Shown here: piece by piece, positions 34,732 through 44,782 of the stretch | How positions within the stretch are numbered: position 1 is the first letter of the stretch | How the letters are laid out: every line of letters starts with the position of its first letter | IMG/VR virus record: IMGVR_UViG_3300021956_000015 | Coordinates: 1-60,012 of that record | From: a virus | Lineage: Duplodnaviria; Caudoviricetes | Length of the DNA: 60,012 nucleotides | Strand: one strand, 5' to 3' | Position numbers and translations under genes: made by a program | The notes under the pieces: generated by a model | The model's input: the letters and a program-made list of their open reading frames with translations, nothing else | The model's database searches: none | Told to the model about the DNA's origin: nothing

Positions 34732-35550
34732 ATGCTACTCTCCGATTACGCTTCCCGCTACGCCAACCGAATAGGGGCTTCGGCCGGCTATTTGGAGCAA
34801 CTTTTGGTCTTCACCAAGAGGCTGCCGTGGCACGTTGAGGAGATCACCACCGAGATGGTGGACGACTACCTGACGGACGCTCTCACCCATTTGGGGGCTC
34901 AGACAGTCGCCAATCACCGCAGACTCCTCACAACCCTCATGCGCGACGCAGCCCGCAACGGACTGAACACGTGTATAGCACGTGGATTCCGCCGGGTCAA
35001 GGTGCCTAGACCCGTCCCCAGAGCGTTGTCCCTGAGCGAGATCAGAGCGGCAGTAGAAGCTGCTCGCAAGACCAAGGGTCATTTCCGTGACCTCCGAAAG
35101 TCGGACTTCCTTGTCGCGTGGTTCCTGACCGCCTACTGCACCGGCTTGCGTGCCGGCGACCTCATGGAGGCGAGGTGGGATCAGATTCGCGGCCGACGAA
35201 TGTATGTGCGTCAATCCAAGACGTCAAGACCACACGTGGTGGTTTTCACCGACGAAGCGTTGGAGGCGTGTAAGGCCCTTCCGCGGAAGCCCCGCATCTT
35301 CGGCGACCATGCTGCGATGAACACCATACAGCAATGGGTGAAGGTATGCATGCTGTCAGCGGGCTTGGATGCCAGCACCAAGTTCCTGCGGCGCTCTGCA
35401 GCTACTTACGCCAAGGTGCAGGGCAAGAACCCCAAGAACGTGCTGGGGCACCTTACCGACGGACTCGCCGAACGCCACTACGTCGATCAGCTTCTGTACG
35501 AGGAAGAGGCCGGCATCAACGGTGAGCCGCTTCCGTCGGTGCTGAGCTAG
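34732..35550 (+). CDS. Tyrosine recombinase/integrase
   Basis: TGLR-GDL, QSKT, KFLRRS (HxxR variant), LGH, HY. Confidence 0.88.
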   Translation: MLLSDYASRYANRIGASAGYLEQLLVFTKRLPWHVEEITTEMVDDYLTDALTHLGAQTVANHRRLLTTLMRDAARNGLNTCIARGFRRVKVPRPVPRALSLSEIRAAVEAARKTKGHFRDLRKSDFLVAWFLTAYCTGLRAGDLMEARWDQIRGRRMYVRQSKTSRPHVVVFTDEALEACKALPRKPRIFGDHAAMNTIQQWVKVCMLSAGLDASTKFLRRSAATYAKVQGKNPKNVLGHLTDGLAERHYVDQLLYEEEAGINGEPLPSVLS

Positions 35551-35553
35551 CGA

Positions 35554-38500
35554 CTAAACCCCCATAATGGAGAGCGGGTCGTCCTGCATCTTCTTCCGCT
35601 CGCGAGCCTTCTTCGCAGCCTCGCTCTGCAGGATGCGATACAGCAGGTACTGACGCTGCTCCTGCGGCGAGAGCTTCACCAGGTCCTCAGGCTTGATGAA
35701 CAGGTTTTCGTAGGAACTCATGCCCTTGGCCTGGTCCAGGAGCTGGTTCAGCGTGGTGCGTGCGGCAAGCCGGACGGTTCGCTCCTGGTCAACGTCCTGC
35801 AGCTTTAGCCCCGTGAGCATGTTGAAGAAGAACTTTGCCGCTCGCTCTTGCGGGCTGATGCGGGAGTCCATCGCCTGGCGGATGGCCCCAACAACTCGCG
35901 AGCCGCCAGGCGCATTGAATGCGACCTGGTCCCACAGCCGCCCGCCCGGGAGGTTCATCTGCTCGGCGAGCGAGTACAGGTCGGACAACTGGCGACCGCT
36001 GTAGAACTGACGGTTGGTGGCCACTTCCAGCGGCGCCTTGATCAGCGGGTTCGTCTGACCCAGCAGGTTCTGACCAGTCTTGGTGACCGCGTCCAGGAAC
36101 TGGCCGGTGAGCGTGTTGCCCACGCCAGGGGTGAGTAGGTTGATCAGCCCCTCATGCGGCAAGTCCAGGTTGGTGAGCACGCGGGTGATGCCTGGCGTGT
36201 TCACTCCCAGCAGCGGGACCGACGAGTCGATTGGGATCGCAGCCGACTGCCTGAGGTACTCAGGAGTGAACCGATCCTCGGATGGCGCAGACGCCCGGTT
36301 GATCGCCCGGATGCTCTGCCCCGTGATCCCGGACGGGTTGTACAGAAGCTCCTGCGCCACCAGCGGGGTGATGCCCTTCTGGTAACTGTAGAAGGGCACT
36401 ATCCGCTTCAGGATGTCGCGCTCAAAGGAGCTGAACGCCTCAGGCCGGTAGTTAATCTGAGTCAGGTCTGCCACCGCCTTGGCTGCCGCAGGAGCATCGC
36501 CCTTACGGACACGCGTGAGGTACGTGCCGATGCGGTTGAACGCGTCGCTCCCCTCGGCGGCCCGGTCGCCAAGCTCAAGCAGCCAGTTGGGATTACCCTC
36601 AGAGGTGCGGAGCGAGAAGATGTTGAGCGGCAAGGGGCGGTTGCGAATGCGCGCGCCCATGCCCTGGAGGATCGCACCAGACCCACCCGGGAACGTCTCG
36701 GCGTACGTGAGGTTGCTGCCCATCCTCCCAAGGTCGTCGGACACCGTGCCTGACGTCAGCCCCTCGCCGCCGGCCTCCGTCAGAAACTTCCGGACGCGGG
36801 CTGCGGAGAGCTGCTCCGCAGACGGCGCGGCACCGACAGGGAACAGGTCGTCCACCTGGTAGCCTGGGGCAGACTCAAGTCGGCGGGCCAGCGGCCCGTA
36901 GTCTCCGCCCCTGGCCCGCACTCCGGCAAGCGCGTCGAACAGATTGAAGCCGCTCTGCGTGGCTCCGGCAAACGCACCGGAGTACATGTCGCGGACATAC
37001 CGGGCAGGCCACAGCAACGCCAGCGTCTTGAAGCTCTGCGTGTACTTGTCGGCTAAAGCAAACAGCCCGGTCGCTTCCCTCGGAGCCCTGGCACGCACCA
37101 GGTTCTCGTTCATCCGGTCCACCATCTCACGCGAGAAGGACCGTCCGCCCAACAGTTCCTCAGGGGTGATGCCCATGCGGTTAGCCAGCGCAAGCACGCC
37201 AGCGTCGCCCTCGGACTTGGCCATGAAACCAAGCTCGCGAAGTGCCTCCATCGGCGTGTAGGACACGCCCCCCGCAACATCGTCAGCAGACTGGAGCAGG
37301 GCGTTGGACGACAGTTCGTCCAGCAGCAGATCGGCCGTGGCCTCGCGCCTGGCGTTGTGGCGGATGTAGTGCGTCAGATCGTTGAGCGCGTTGCCGTACA
37401 GCGGAATGCCTTCGGACGCTCGCTGCAGCGGCGTTCTCCGGAGGCTGTCGGCCAGGTCTTCGTAAGCCTTCTGCTGCCGACGGCTGACTTCGGCCGCAGC
37501 CGCAATCCCTTCCTCGCTGAAGTCATCTGGGTTAAGGTGCTCCCCCATGTACCCAAACGGCGTGCTGCCTTCGCGGATCGGCTTGAACTGGTCGGCGTTC
37601 GCCGCCAGCCACTCGTCAATGAGGTTGCGTGCCTCAGTGTTTGGCGCATTCCGGAGAGCGGCCTGCAGGTCGGCGTCCTGGTACATCTTGTCCAGGACCC
37701 ACCGCGGGAACGCCTCCGTGTACCCACGCCGCGACGAGCGAGTGCCGTCATTAATAGACGCCACGGCGCGGTCACGCAGCGGGATGACCTTGGACCCCTG
37801 GAACCGCGGATCGAACCTGGCGTTGGGGATATCAATCGCCTGACGCGTGAAGTAGTCGATGCCGTTTGGCAGGTCTTTGTGGCGCAGCGGAACGCCAAGG
37901 CGCTCAGCCCTGGCCAACGCATCTGCCTGTGCGTCGGTGGCGAACCGCACGGCACGCTGCACGCCGGGGTCGCGGAACAGGCTGCGCATCTCCGGCGGCA
38001 GCTGCTCCAGCTGGTTTTCCATGACGTTACCAAACGCCCTGGCAAAGTCCTGCGAGCGGACGATGTCCTCGCCAGACCTGCCTGCAAGCGGCGTTCCGGC
38101 GATGGCGTTCGCGTTGTTCTGCAGGTAGGCCGAGACGTCGTCAAAGAGCTGCTGATGCATGTCAGCCAGCCGCCTGTTCGCCTCCCGCGAGGAGAGCTGC
38201 TCGGCCCGCGTGACCTTGCGGCCGAACATCTGCCCAGGCTCGTCCGTGAAGCCCTTCACGCGAGCATCGAACATCGCCTGCGCAGCCCGCAGGGCAGGCC
38301 CCAGCACGGGCGTCGCCCTGGCGTTTGTCTTCAGCCAATCGCTGCCGCGGGCCAGGTAGTCGCCGACTGTGGACCCGTACATGTCGAACGCGTCGTCAAC
38401 CAGGTACGGAACCTTGACGTAGTTGCTGCGAGTGAGCGGTTGCGTCCACTGCTCTGCCGTGCCGCCAACCTGTTCAAACGCCCGCCTCGCTGCCTGGAGC

Positions 38501-39153
38501 GTCTCTTGGTGCGCGGCGTCCTCTGCCATGGACCGCAAGGCGGCGTCGTCAATGCCCTGCCCGGCCCGCCTGGCGGCCTCTGTGGCGTTGTCGATGGCAA
38601 GCGTTTCAGGGGTGCTGTTGCGGAGAAAGGTCGCCGGGCCGAAGTTTGGAACCGCTCCAGACTCGGCGGCGCGAGCGGCGCGCAGCACCAGGTCGTCGCC
38701 GGCCGTTCCCATCAGACCGGCACGCGTCGCGGCCTTGGCGGCAGCGGTTTTCGCCCCAGTCCCCAGCAGTGCCGACAGTCCAAATGAGGCGTATGTCAGT
38801 GGGTCCAGAAGAACCTCGGCCCCAAGGCCTCCAGCGAAGTTCCCCCACGTGTCGTTCTTTCCAACCAGGCCGTACTGCCGAAGCAGCTCACGGCCAGTAA
38901 CTCGGTCCTCCGACGTCCCAAACACCGACAGCGGGTCGCCTGCCAGCACGCCACGGACAAAGGCGCCTGGAGTATCCAGGAGGTATCCGACTGCCGACAG
39001 ACCAGACGATCCCTGGTTGGCAAGGTCACGGAGGAGGGAGGTCTTCTCCTCCTCTGGCATAAGGTCTGCGAGGGTGCGACGCGTCCGCAGCGGGACGATC
39101 CCAATCGGATCGATGTCGTCGCCGTAAATGTCAAACAGCGGTGATTGCGCCAT
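35554..39153 (-). CDS. Large internal virion/ejection protein
   Basis: 1199 aa, last gene of the tail operon; DPLTY, PFYSYQ, NPLIKAPLE..N motifs typical of podovirus ejection proteins. Confidence 0.7.
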   Translation of the reverse strand: MAQSPLFDIYGDDIDPIGIVPLRTRRTLADLMPEEEKTSLLRDLANQGSSGLSAVGYLLDTPGAFVRGVLAGDPLSVFGTSEDRVTGRELLRQYGLVGKNDTWGNFAGGLGAEVLLDPLTYASFGLSALLGTGAKTAAAKAATRAGLMGTAGDDLVLRAARAAESGAVPNFGPATFLRNSTPETLAIDNATEAARRAGQGIDDAALRSMAEDAAHQETLQAARRAFEQVGGTAEQWTQPLTRSNYVKVPYLVDDAFDMYGSTVGDYLARGSDWLKTNARATPVLGPALRAAQAMFDARVKGFTDEPGQMFGRKVTRAEQLSSREANRRLADMHQQLFDDVSAYLQNNANAIAGTPLAGRSGEDIVRSQDFARAFGNVMENQLEQLPPEMRSLFRDPGVQRAVRFATDAQADALARAERLGVPLRHKDLPNGIDYFTRQAIDIPNARFDPRFQGSKVIPLRDRAVASINDGTRSSRRGYTEAFPRWVLDKMYQDADLQAALRNAPNTEARNLIDEWLAANADQFKPIREGSTPFGYMGEHLNPDDFSEEGIAAAAEVSRRQQKAYEDLADSLRRTPLQRASEGIPLYGNALNDLTHYIRHNARREATADLLLDELSSNALLQSADDVAGGVSYTPMEALRELGFMAKSEGDAGVLALANRMGITPEELLGGRSFSREMVDRMNENLVRARAPREATGLFALADKYTQSFKTLALLWPARYVRDMYSGAFAGATQSGFNLFDALAGVRARGGDYGPLARRLESAPGYQVDDLFPVGAAPSAEQLSAARVRKFLTEAGGEGLTSGTVSDDLGRMGSNLTYAETFPGGSGAILQGMGARIRNRPLPLNIFSLRTSEGNPNWLLELGDRAAEGSDAFNRIGTYLTRVRKGDAPAAAKAVADLTQINYRPEAFSSFERDILKRIVPFYSYQKGITPLVAQELLYNPSGITGQSIRAINRASAPSEDRFTPEYLRQSAAIPIDSSVPLLGVNTPGITRVLTNLDLPHEGLINLLTPGVGNTLTGQFLDAVTKTGQNLLGQTNPLIKAPLEVATNRQFYSGRQLSDLYSLAEQMNLPGGRLWDQVAFNAPGGSRVVGAIRQAMDSRISPQERAAKFFFNMLTGLKLQDVDQERTVRLAARTTLNQLLDQAKGMSSYENLFIKPEDLVKLSPQEQRQYLLYRILQSEAAKKARERKKMQDDPLSIMGV

Positions 39154-39156
39154 TTG

Positions 39157-41472
39157 TCAGAAGCTCGGCAGTCGGCCACCCGGCATGAACGGCGGTAGGC
39201 GTGGGTCCACCGGAGGTAGAAGCGGCTGCGGCGGTGAGTTCTGAACGCCAGGTATTGGCGTTGGCATCGGCACAGCGGGTGCGGCCGGCGCTACAGGTGC
39301 AGCCTGTGGCTGCGCTGCCGCTGGTGGACGAAGGTCCCTGAGAATGGCTTCAATCTCATGCGACTGCGCACCTTCTCGCTGCATGGCTTCACGCGCGTCG
39401 TTCTCTTCGTACCCGGGCCAAGCATCATGCCACGCCGCCGCGGCAGCCCTTCGGATTCGTTCCTGTCTCGCCGCAGCTGCTGCCGACTGTTGCGCGGCAA
39501 GCTCCTGCAGCGTGGCGCTCCCTTCTGCAAAACCGGCGCCGGTGGCGACTCTCATGCCCAGGTCGGTCAGTTGCTGGTTGTGAGCAGCCTGCACATCGTT
39601 TGGCGTCGCACCACGGATGGTTCCGCCGCTGAGTTGGTTCGCCAGGACCTGGTTCTGCCACTGGTCAGGAAGCATCCCAAGCCCCGCGGCAAACGCACGC
39701 GTGCCACCGGGTCCGCCAGTCGGCTGGCCTCCAGCCAGCATCGCCTGCCGGCGGGACTCCTTAACGCGAGCGAGGCGGTCCTTGTCTCGGTTGGTTTGGG
39801 CCTGGTCGCGAGCGGTGTCATAGACGGCAGACGAACCTGGGGCGCCAACCCCGTCCCTCTCGGCCTTTGCGACAAGCGCCTCGGCTTCGGCGTAGGTCAT
39901 GTTGCCCTGCTCGGCAATGGCCTTGATGCGAGCCCTGCGAGCCCGTGGCGATCCGGCGGGGTGTCCGCCAAACCCTACCGGCGTCCCCTTGTGAGCCCTT
40001 GCTGCCCCTGCTCCAGTAAGCTCATAGACCTGAACGTCATTGCCAGCGACGTCCTGTCGCGTGACGATCTCGTATCCTCGGTCGATCAGGTCTTGACGAT
40101 ATCCCGGAACTCCATCACGGCCGGGCTGATTGGTCGCAACCGCCCGGACCATGTAGTGAACGCCGGTTGGCGTCTGGATCGGAACCATCCCGCGGTCCAT
40201 CTGTGCCTGGTCGCGGCGAGAGTAGTCATACGCGCCGGAACCAGACGGGGCCCGGTAGTTGTACTGGTACTCCTCCTCAGGGCTCATTTGGCGAGACACG
40301 GAGGTCGGAACGCCTGTGGGGTCATTCGGACCAGGAACCGTGAAGTTTGGCGTCTGCAGCTCAGACTGCGATCCGCCGCGCTGTCGCGAGTCCAGCTGGG
40401 CGTGCGTGCTAGTGGTTCCGGTGCGGACTTTGCGAGACGCCTCAACCTGCGCAGCATTCCATGCTTCGTCACGGCCCATGTTCTGAGTGCGAACAAGGTG
40501 CGTCGCAATCTGCTTCACAAGGTCCGTGTCGGCGCCATCGAACGCTTCCCATCCGGCCCACTCGTCAGCCGGTGCCGCCGGGCCGGGGGCCCTCGCCGGA
40601 ACTCCGCCGCGTCCCGGGCCGCGCAGCAGGTCACGCTGAGCACGCGACCACGCCTCGTCGCGCGGAATGCCCTGCGCCACAAGATCATTAGCCACCTCTT
40701 CGACGCGGGCCCTATCAAGACCTTCGGCAGCAGTCGGCTTGTCGTCCCATGACTGCCGGGAGCCGAACGGAACCTCTCGTTCGACAGGCAGTGGAAGCGA
40801 CGCCCCGGAGGTGCGGCTCTCGCCAGCGGACTGCGGAGCTGCTGGCGGTGGCCCGGACGCCGACGCCTCGGCATTTACCCGCCGCATCGCCTGCGCCACC
40901 GCGTTCCTCAACGCTTGCTCCTGCTCCCTGAGCACATCAGGGCGCACGCCACGCGGAGGGTTGGTCAGGAACTGCTGGAGCCTGGCCTGGTGATATTGCA
41001 GTTGCGTTGCCGCGCTAGGCGTCTTGGGCTGTGCTGGGCTGGCGGACTGCGAGCGAGCTTCGCGGGATCGCTGCTGCCAGGCGGCCTGCTCCTCGTCCAT
41101 GGCACGCGCACGGGCGTCGTCAGGATGCAGCCCCCTCTTGATGAAGTAATCCTCCATCTCGCGGATGCGCATCTCGCTATCCGTGTACTCTTCCTTCTCT
41201 GCCATGGCGATGGCCATCTCTGGCGTGTAGACGCCAGGGTTTTCCACCATGATCCGATGGGCGCGCGTCTGGACGGCGTCCTTGCGGTCCGGGTATCCTC
41301 CAGCCATGCCGTGCGGGTTCTGTCCAGGCTGCAGCCACTCGTCGGCGCCAACGACGTCCAGCGGAATGTCAGGCAGCGGGAACGGGCGGTTCCACAGGTC
41401 CCGCGACATCCGCTCAACGCCCTGCGCCTGGCGCGCGTCCCATTCGGCTGCAGGCATCACTCCGCGGGGCAT
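39157..41472 (-). CDS. Putative internal virion protein
   Basis: 771 aa, A/Q/P-rich, in ejection-gene cluster. Confidence 0.6.
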   Translation of the reverse strand: MPRGVMPAAEWDARQAQGVERMSRDLWNRPFPLPDIPLDVVGADEWLQPGQNPHGMAGGYPDRKDAVQTRAHRIMVENPGVYTPEMAIAMAEKEEYTDSEMRIREMEDYFIKRGLHPDDARARAMDEEQAAWQQRSREARSQSASPAQPKTPSAATQLQYHQARLQQFLTNPPRGVRPDVLREQEQALRNAVAQAMRRVNAEASASGPPPAAPQSAGESRTSGASLPLPVEREVPFGSRQSWDDKPTAAEGLDRARVEEVANDLVAQGIPRDEAWSRAQRDLLRGPGRGGVPARAPGPAAPADEWAGWEAFDGADTDLVKQIATHLVRTQNMGRDEAWNAAQVEASRKVRTGTTSTHAQLDSRQRGGSQSELQTPNFTVPGPNDPTGVPTSVSRQMSPEEEYQYNYRAPSGSGAYDYSRRDQAQMDRGMVPIQTPTGVHYMVRAVATNQPGRDGVPGYRQDLIDRGYEIVTRQDVAGNDVQVYELTGAGAARAHKGTPVGFGGHPAGSPRARRARIKAIAEQGNMTYAEAEALVAKAERDGVGAPGSSAVYDTARDQAQTNRDKDRLARVKESRRQAMLAGGQPTGGPGGTRAFAAGLGMLPDQWQNQVLANQLSGGTIRGATPNDVQAAHNQQLTDLGMRVATGAGFAEGSATLQELAAQQSAAAAARQERIRRAAAAAWHDAWPGYEENDAREAMQREGAQSHEIEAILRDLRPPAAAQPQAAPVAPAAPAVPMPTPIPGVQNSPPQPLLPPVDPRLPPFMPGGRLPSF

Positions 41473-41475
41473 GTG

Positions 41476-42399
41476 CTATCTCCCGTAACGCTTGTCCAAA
41501 ACCCGCTGAATCGCCGCATAGGGATCGTCTGGCTCCCATGAAAGCGCTGGGTCATCCTGAAAAATGTCCATTTCAGGCATGCGTGGCTCCGGAATCACCG
41601 GATTTGTCCATCCGCGGACGTCGTCTTCCATGGAGCCCATGGCCGACGAAAATGTGATTTCGTCGGCCATTTGGCCCAGCGCGTCCTGCACGCCAACTCG
41701 GTTGTCTAGGTGAGAGATTTTCCTGGACAGCCGGTCGTCCAGCACCCGCTGGTACTCCTCGCGGGCCGCCGCCTCGTCGGCCATCTCCTGTCGCTTCCTG
41801 GAGACGGCGTCGTAGACCCCGTACCCGGTGAGCCCAGCAGCCACGGCTGGCAGCGAGTACTTTCTGGCGGCCGTGCCGATAGCGTCAGCCACGGCCTTTG
41901 TCTGCACGCGGCGGCGCTCGGCTGCGGCCTGCCGCTGCATGGCGGCGACGGCGGCGTCGTCCTGGGCCTGGAACGCAATGGTGGCGATGGACTGCGCCCG
42001 CTGCTCCGGGGTCAGCCGCTCAAGGCGGGACCGCATCAGGGCATTTCCGCGGAGAGCGTCTGTGACTTCGCTGGACGGTCCGGCAGCGTTCTCCATGGCG
42101 GCGTTCCCGGCCTGGTTCAGAACGCGCTCCTCCGCCCACGCCCGCGGCCCGCCAACGGCCGCGTATTCCACCGACACTGGGTCAAGCACTGGGCCCGGGA
42201 CCTCCAGTCGCGGAGCCGCAGGACCCTCAAGCTCAGCAAGCTTCCTTGCCAGGTCGTCAATGACGTCCTGCGACCGGCCGAAGTGACGAGCGTCGTTCAG
42301 GGCCGTCCTGGCCAGGTTCCGCGCAACCTCGGCGCTGCGGGCCTGGTCGGCAAGCTCGGCGAGGAACCGGCGGATCGGAGAGCTTGTCGCACCGTTCAT
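41476..42399 (-). CDS. Putative internal virion protein
   Basis: 307 aa, helical, one hydrophobic segment. Confidence 0.6.
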   Translation of the reverse strand: MNGATSSPIRRFLAELADQARSAEVARNLARTALNDARHFGRSQDVIDDLARKLAELEGPAAPRLEVPGPVLDPVSVEYAAVGGPRAWAEERVLNQAGNAAMENAAGPSSEVTDALRGNALMRSRLERLTPEQRAQSIATIAFQAQDDAAVAAMQRQAAAERRRVQTKAVADAIGTAARKYSLPAVAAGLTGYGVYDAVSRKRQEMADEAAAREEYQRVLDDRLSRKISHLDNRVGVQDALGQMADEITFSSAMGSMEDDVRGWTNPVIPEPRMPEMDIFQDDPALSWEPDDPYAAIQRVLDKRYGR

Positions 42400-42638
42400 G
42401 CCTTCTTCCCCTTCTTGGGCATGTCGTCTTCCACCGCAATCTTGCTGACCTTGCCGCGGGACTCCTCAGCCAGGTCGGCCAGGTCGCTGGACTCCTTGTG
42501 GGCCTGGTCCAACTGCTCCAGGACGTCTTGCTCTTCCTCGCCGTCGCTCGCGGCCATGAGCTGCTGAATGATGCGGGCCATGGCAGACTTGGTGAGGTCA
42601 CCAGGGATCGCGACGCTGACGGTTTTTTTGGCGGCCAT
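42396..42638 (-). CDS. Hypothetical protein
   Basis: GAGGT RBS before ATG 42638. Confidence 0.65.
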   Translation of the reverse strand: MAAKKTVSVAIPGDLTKSAMARIIQQLMAASDGEEEQDVLEQLDQAHKESSDLADLAEESRGKVSKIAVEDDMPKKGKKA

Positions 42639-42640
42639 GG

Positions 42641-43060
42641 TTACCTCAAGAGTCCCCCAAGGATGTTCCCAAACAGATTCATCATCATGCCCTGCCTCTG
42701 AAGCGCTTCCGACTGTTGTGCGTAGGCATTCTGTTGCTGCAGCCCGCCAAGGGCCTGTGCAAACTGCTCGTTCGCCTGCTGGCCCTGCATCTGCGTGCCG
42801 GCGTTGTAGGCGTTCTGCGACAGGTGCTGCGAGTACGCATCTGCGATTCCGGCGGCCATGTCGTTGGCGCCCTGGATGCCAGCCTGGTTCATCTGGCCAC
42901 GGCCAATCGACATGCCGGGGCGGATCAGGTTGTTCCTCTTGAGTGACCCTCGCGGGTCGCCAAGGGCCAGGGCCTGCGCCTGCGCATTGTTGAAGGACGC
43001 CTGCATCTGCTGCGGCGTGTACCCGGTCGGATACTGGGCGTTGGAGGTGACGTTGTTCAA
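42641..43060 (-). CDS. Q/G-rich putative ejection protein
   Basis: TTG start overlapping upstream TGA; ends NILGGLLR. Confidence 0.65.
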   Translation of the reverse strand: MNNVTSNAQYPTGYTPQQMQASFNNAQAQALALGDPRGSLKRNNLIRPGMSIGRGQMNQAGIQGANDMAAGIADAYSQHLSQNAYNAGTQMQGQQANEQFAQALGGLQQQNAYAQQSEALQRQGMMMNLFGNILGGLLR

Positions 43061-43404
43061 GAGAACAGCCCTTGGAGGAGCGGGCTAATGAAACTGTTGG
43101 CAACGCCGAGACGTTGCGTGGCGAGCTGATTCTGCTGCTGCTGCCCTTGGGACATCTGCTGCAGCCCAGTCAGGGCGAGTTGCTGCTGAGCCTGCAGCCG
43201 CTGCAACTCAAAGTCGCTGTTGGCCTTGGTGGCGGCGGCGTCCAGGGACGCGGCGTTGGCGTCGCCGGCAGCATTGAGAATGTCCTGCTGGTTCTGCCCG
43301 TACGCCTTGTACGGAGACTGCATGTGCAGGCCAGCGAGAGCATCAGACCGCTGTTGCTGGGTGTACGGCGTCGGCGGATTGAACTGCGACTGGTACTGCA
43401 ACAT
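43057..43404 (-). CDS. Q-rich putative ejection protein
   Basis: Ends PLLQGLFS; resembles its neighbour. Confidence 0.65.
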   Translation of the reverse strand: MLQYQSQFNPPTPYTQQQRSDALAGLHMQSPYKAYGQNQQDILNAAGDANAASLDAAATKANSDFELQRLQAQQQLALTGLQQMSQGQQQQNQLATQRLGVANSFISPLLQGLFS

Positions 43405-44756
43405 TACGCTGAATACCGGCGGGGGAAAGACGCATTTCGTCCCATGCTAATCAGCTCGTTTTCGCGTCGCATGCGCCTGTCGTCGGCGGCGTACCTGTCA
43501 TTGAGCATGCGGACAGACGGCCCCATGTTCAGAATGTTTCGCAATACAGGGTCTGCGTCCTGCCGGAAGTTGCTGGCCATGCCACCGATCTGGCCGGCGA
43601 CGTCTCGGTATCCGCTTCCGATCTGCCCTGCCATCGTTCCGAACTGTCCGGCCGCGTTAGACCAGCCTGAGGAGAGGCGGTCCAAGATGGGCGAGTAGTC
43701 GCCTCGGTTCCGTGGATCGTTCTGCGTGGCGTAGAACTGGTCCATGCCGCGGCTCGTCTCGCCATACCCCTGCCGTCCAAGCTGCATCAGGCCTTGGAGC
43801 GACTGGCCAAGCATCTCCGACGGCTGGCTGCGAGACGAGTAGTGCTGGTTGTTGAGGGAGTCCAGCCCCGCACCGTAGTTACGCGACATCATTCCAGTGA
43901 CGTCACCGGCCATCAGATTGTTCTGGATTCGGCCAAGCCCTTCGTAGGTTGGGTCCGCGAACCTGCCAGGGCCTCCGGAATCAGTCTTCCGCGAGGCGTT
44001 GATATAGAAACCGTCGCCGCCGCCGGGCGATGGGCCAGGCCCGTATGATCCGCTTGCAATCGGACCGCCAGGTCCAGACGCCGAGAAGCTATCGCCACCA
44101 CCGCCACCGCCACCAAACCCGCCAAAACCAGCGGACAGATTCAGGTCGGAGATTGCGCCGGCACCGGCGAAACCCTTCCCGGCGCTGGCGTATGCGTCTC
44201 CAAGCTGCCCCAGCGCCGAGCTTCGGCCAACGCCGTAGTTGGACAGGGCCTGCTGGTTGGCCACAGACATGTCGGCCAACGCCTTGTTGTAGGCCGTCTG
44301 GTTTGTGGCCCAGGCCCCCAGCGCAGTGTTCGCTGCTCCACCGTAGGCCCCAAGCGCGGCGGCGCCGATGTTGCCTGCGGCGGCCTGGCGGGCGGCCTCA
44401 GCCATGGCGTTGGAGCCGTAGAAGTTGGACCGCTCGTTGGCCATCGCCGTGGCCGTGTTGCCAAGGCCGGTGGCATATCCGCCGAACGCGTTGCCGAGCC
44501 CAGCGCCAAGGCCTCCGATGCCCTGCGACATGCCGCCATAGGACTGGGCGAGCGCGTTGGCGAAGTTAGCCGGCTGGCTAAAGAGCGAGCCAAGGACAGA
44601 CGCTTGGGCTGCTGGGACAGACTGATTCGCGGCGGCCTGCGCGGCCCCTTGGGCTGTGGCTTTGGCGGCGCGCACGCCAGCGTCATTCTGGTGCGCGCGG
44701 ACGGAGGCCACCTGCGCAAGTGGATCGCCCCAAAACTGATACTGCGGTGCGGCCAT
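43404..44756 (-). CDS. G/A-rich putative ejection (pilot) protein
   Basis: 450 aa, Gly/Ala/Gln-rich, AGGAG RBS. Confidence 0.65.
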   Translation of the reverse strand: MAAPQYQFWGDPLAQVASVRAHQNDAGVRAAKATAQGAAQAAANQSVPAAQASVLGSLFSQPANFANALAQSYGGMSQGIGGLGAGLGNAFGGYATGLGNTATAMANERSNFYGSNAMAEAARQAAAGNIGAAALGAYGGAANTALGAWATNQTAYNKALADMSVANQQALSNYGVGRSSALGQLGDAYASAGKGFAGAGAISDLNLSAGFGGFGGGGGGGDSFSASGPGGPIASGSYGPGPSPGGGDGFYINASRKTDSGGPGRFADPTYEGLGRIQNNLMAGDVTGMMSRNYGAGLDSLNNQHYSSRSQPSEMLGQSLQGLMQLGRQGYGETSRGMDQFYATQNDPRNRGDYSPILDRLSSGWSNAAGQFGTMAGQIGSGYRDVAGQIGGMASNFRQDADPVLRNILNMGPSVRMLNDRYAADDRRMRRENELISMGRNASFPRRYSA

Positions 44757-44782
44757 GAAAGTCTCCTGCTATCTAATGCCCT

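Noticed and set aside
34732-35550. Tyrosine recombinase as an integron integrase
   Set aside because: The segment between the catalytic Lys and the HxxR position is too short for the IntI insertion, and the gene is not next to the attI-like site
35554-39153. Tape measure protein
   Set aside because: No tail tube or chaperone genes; context and motifs fit a podovirus ejection protein
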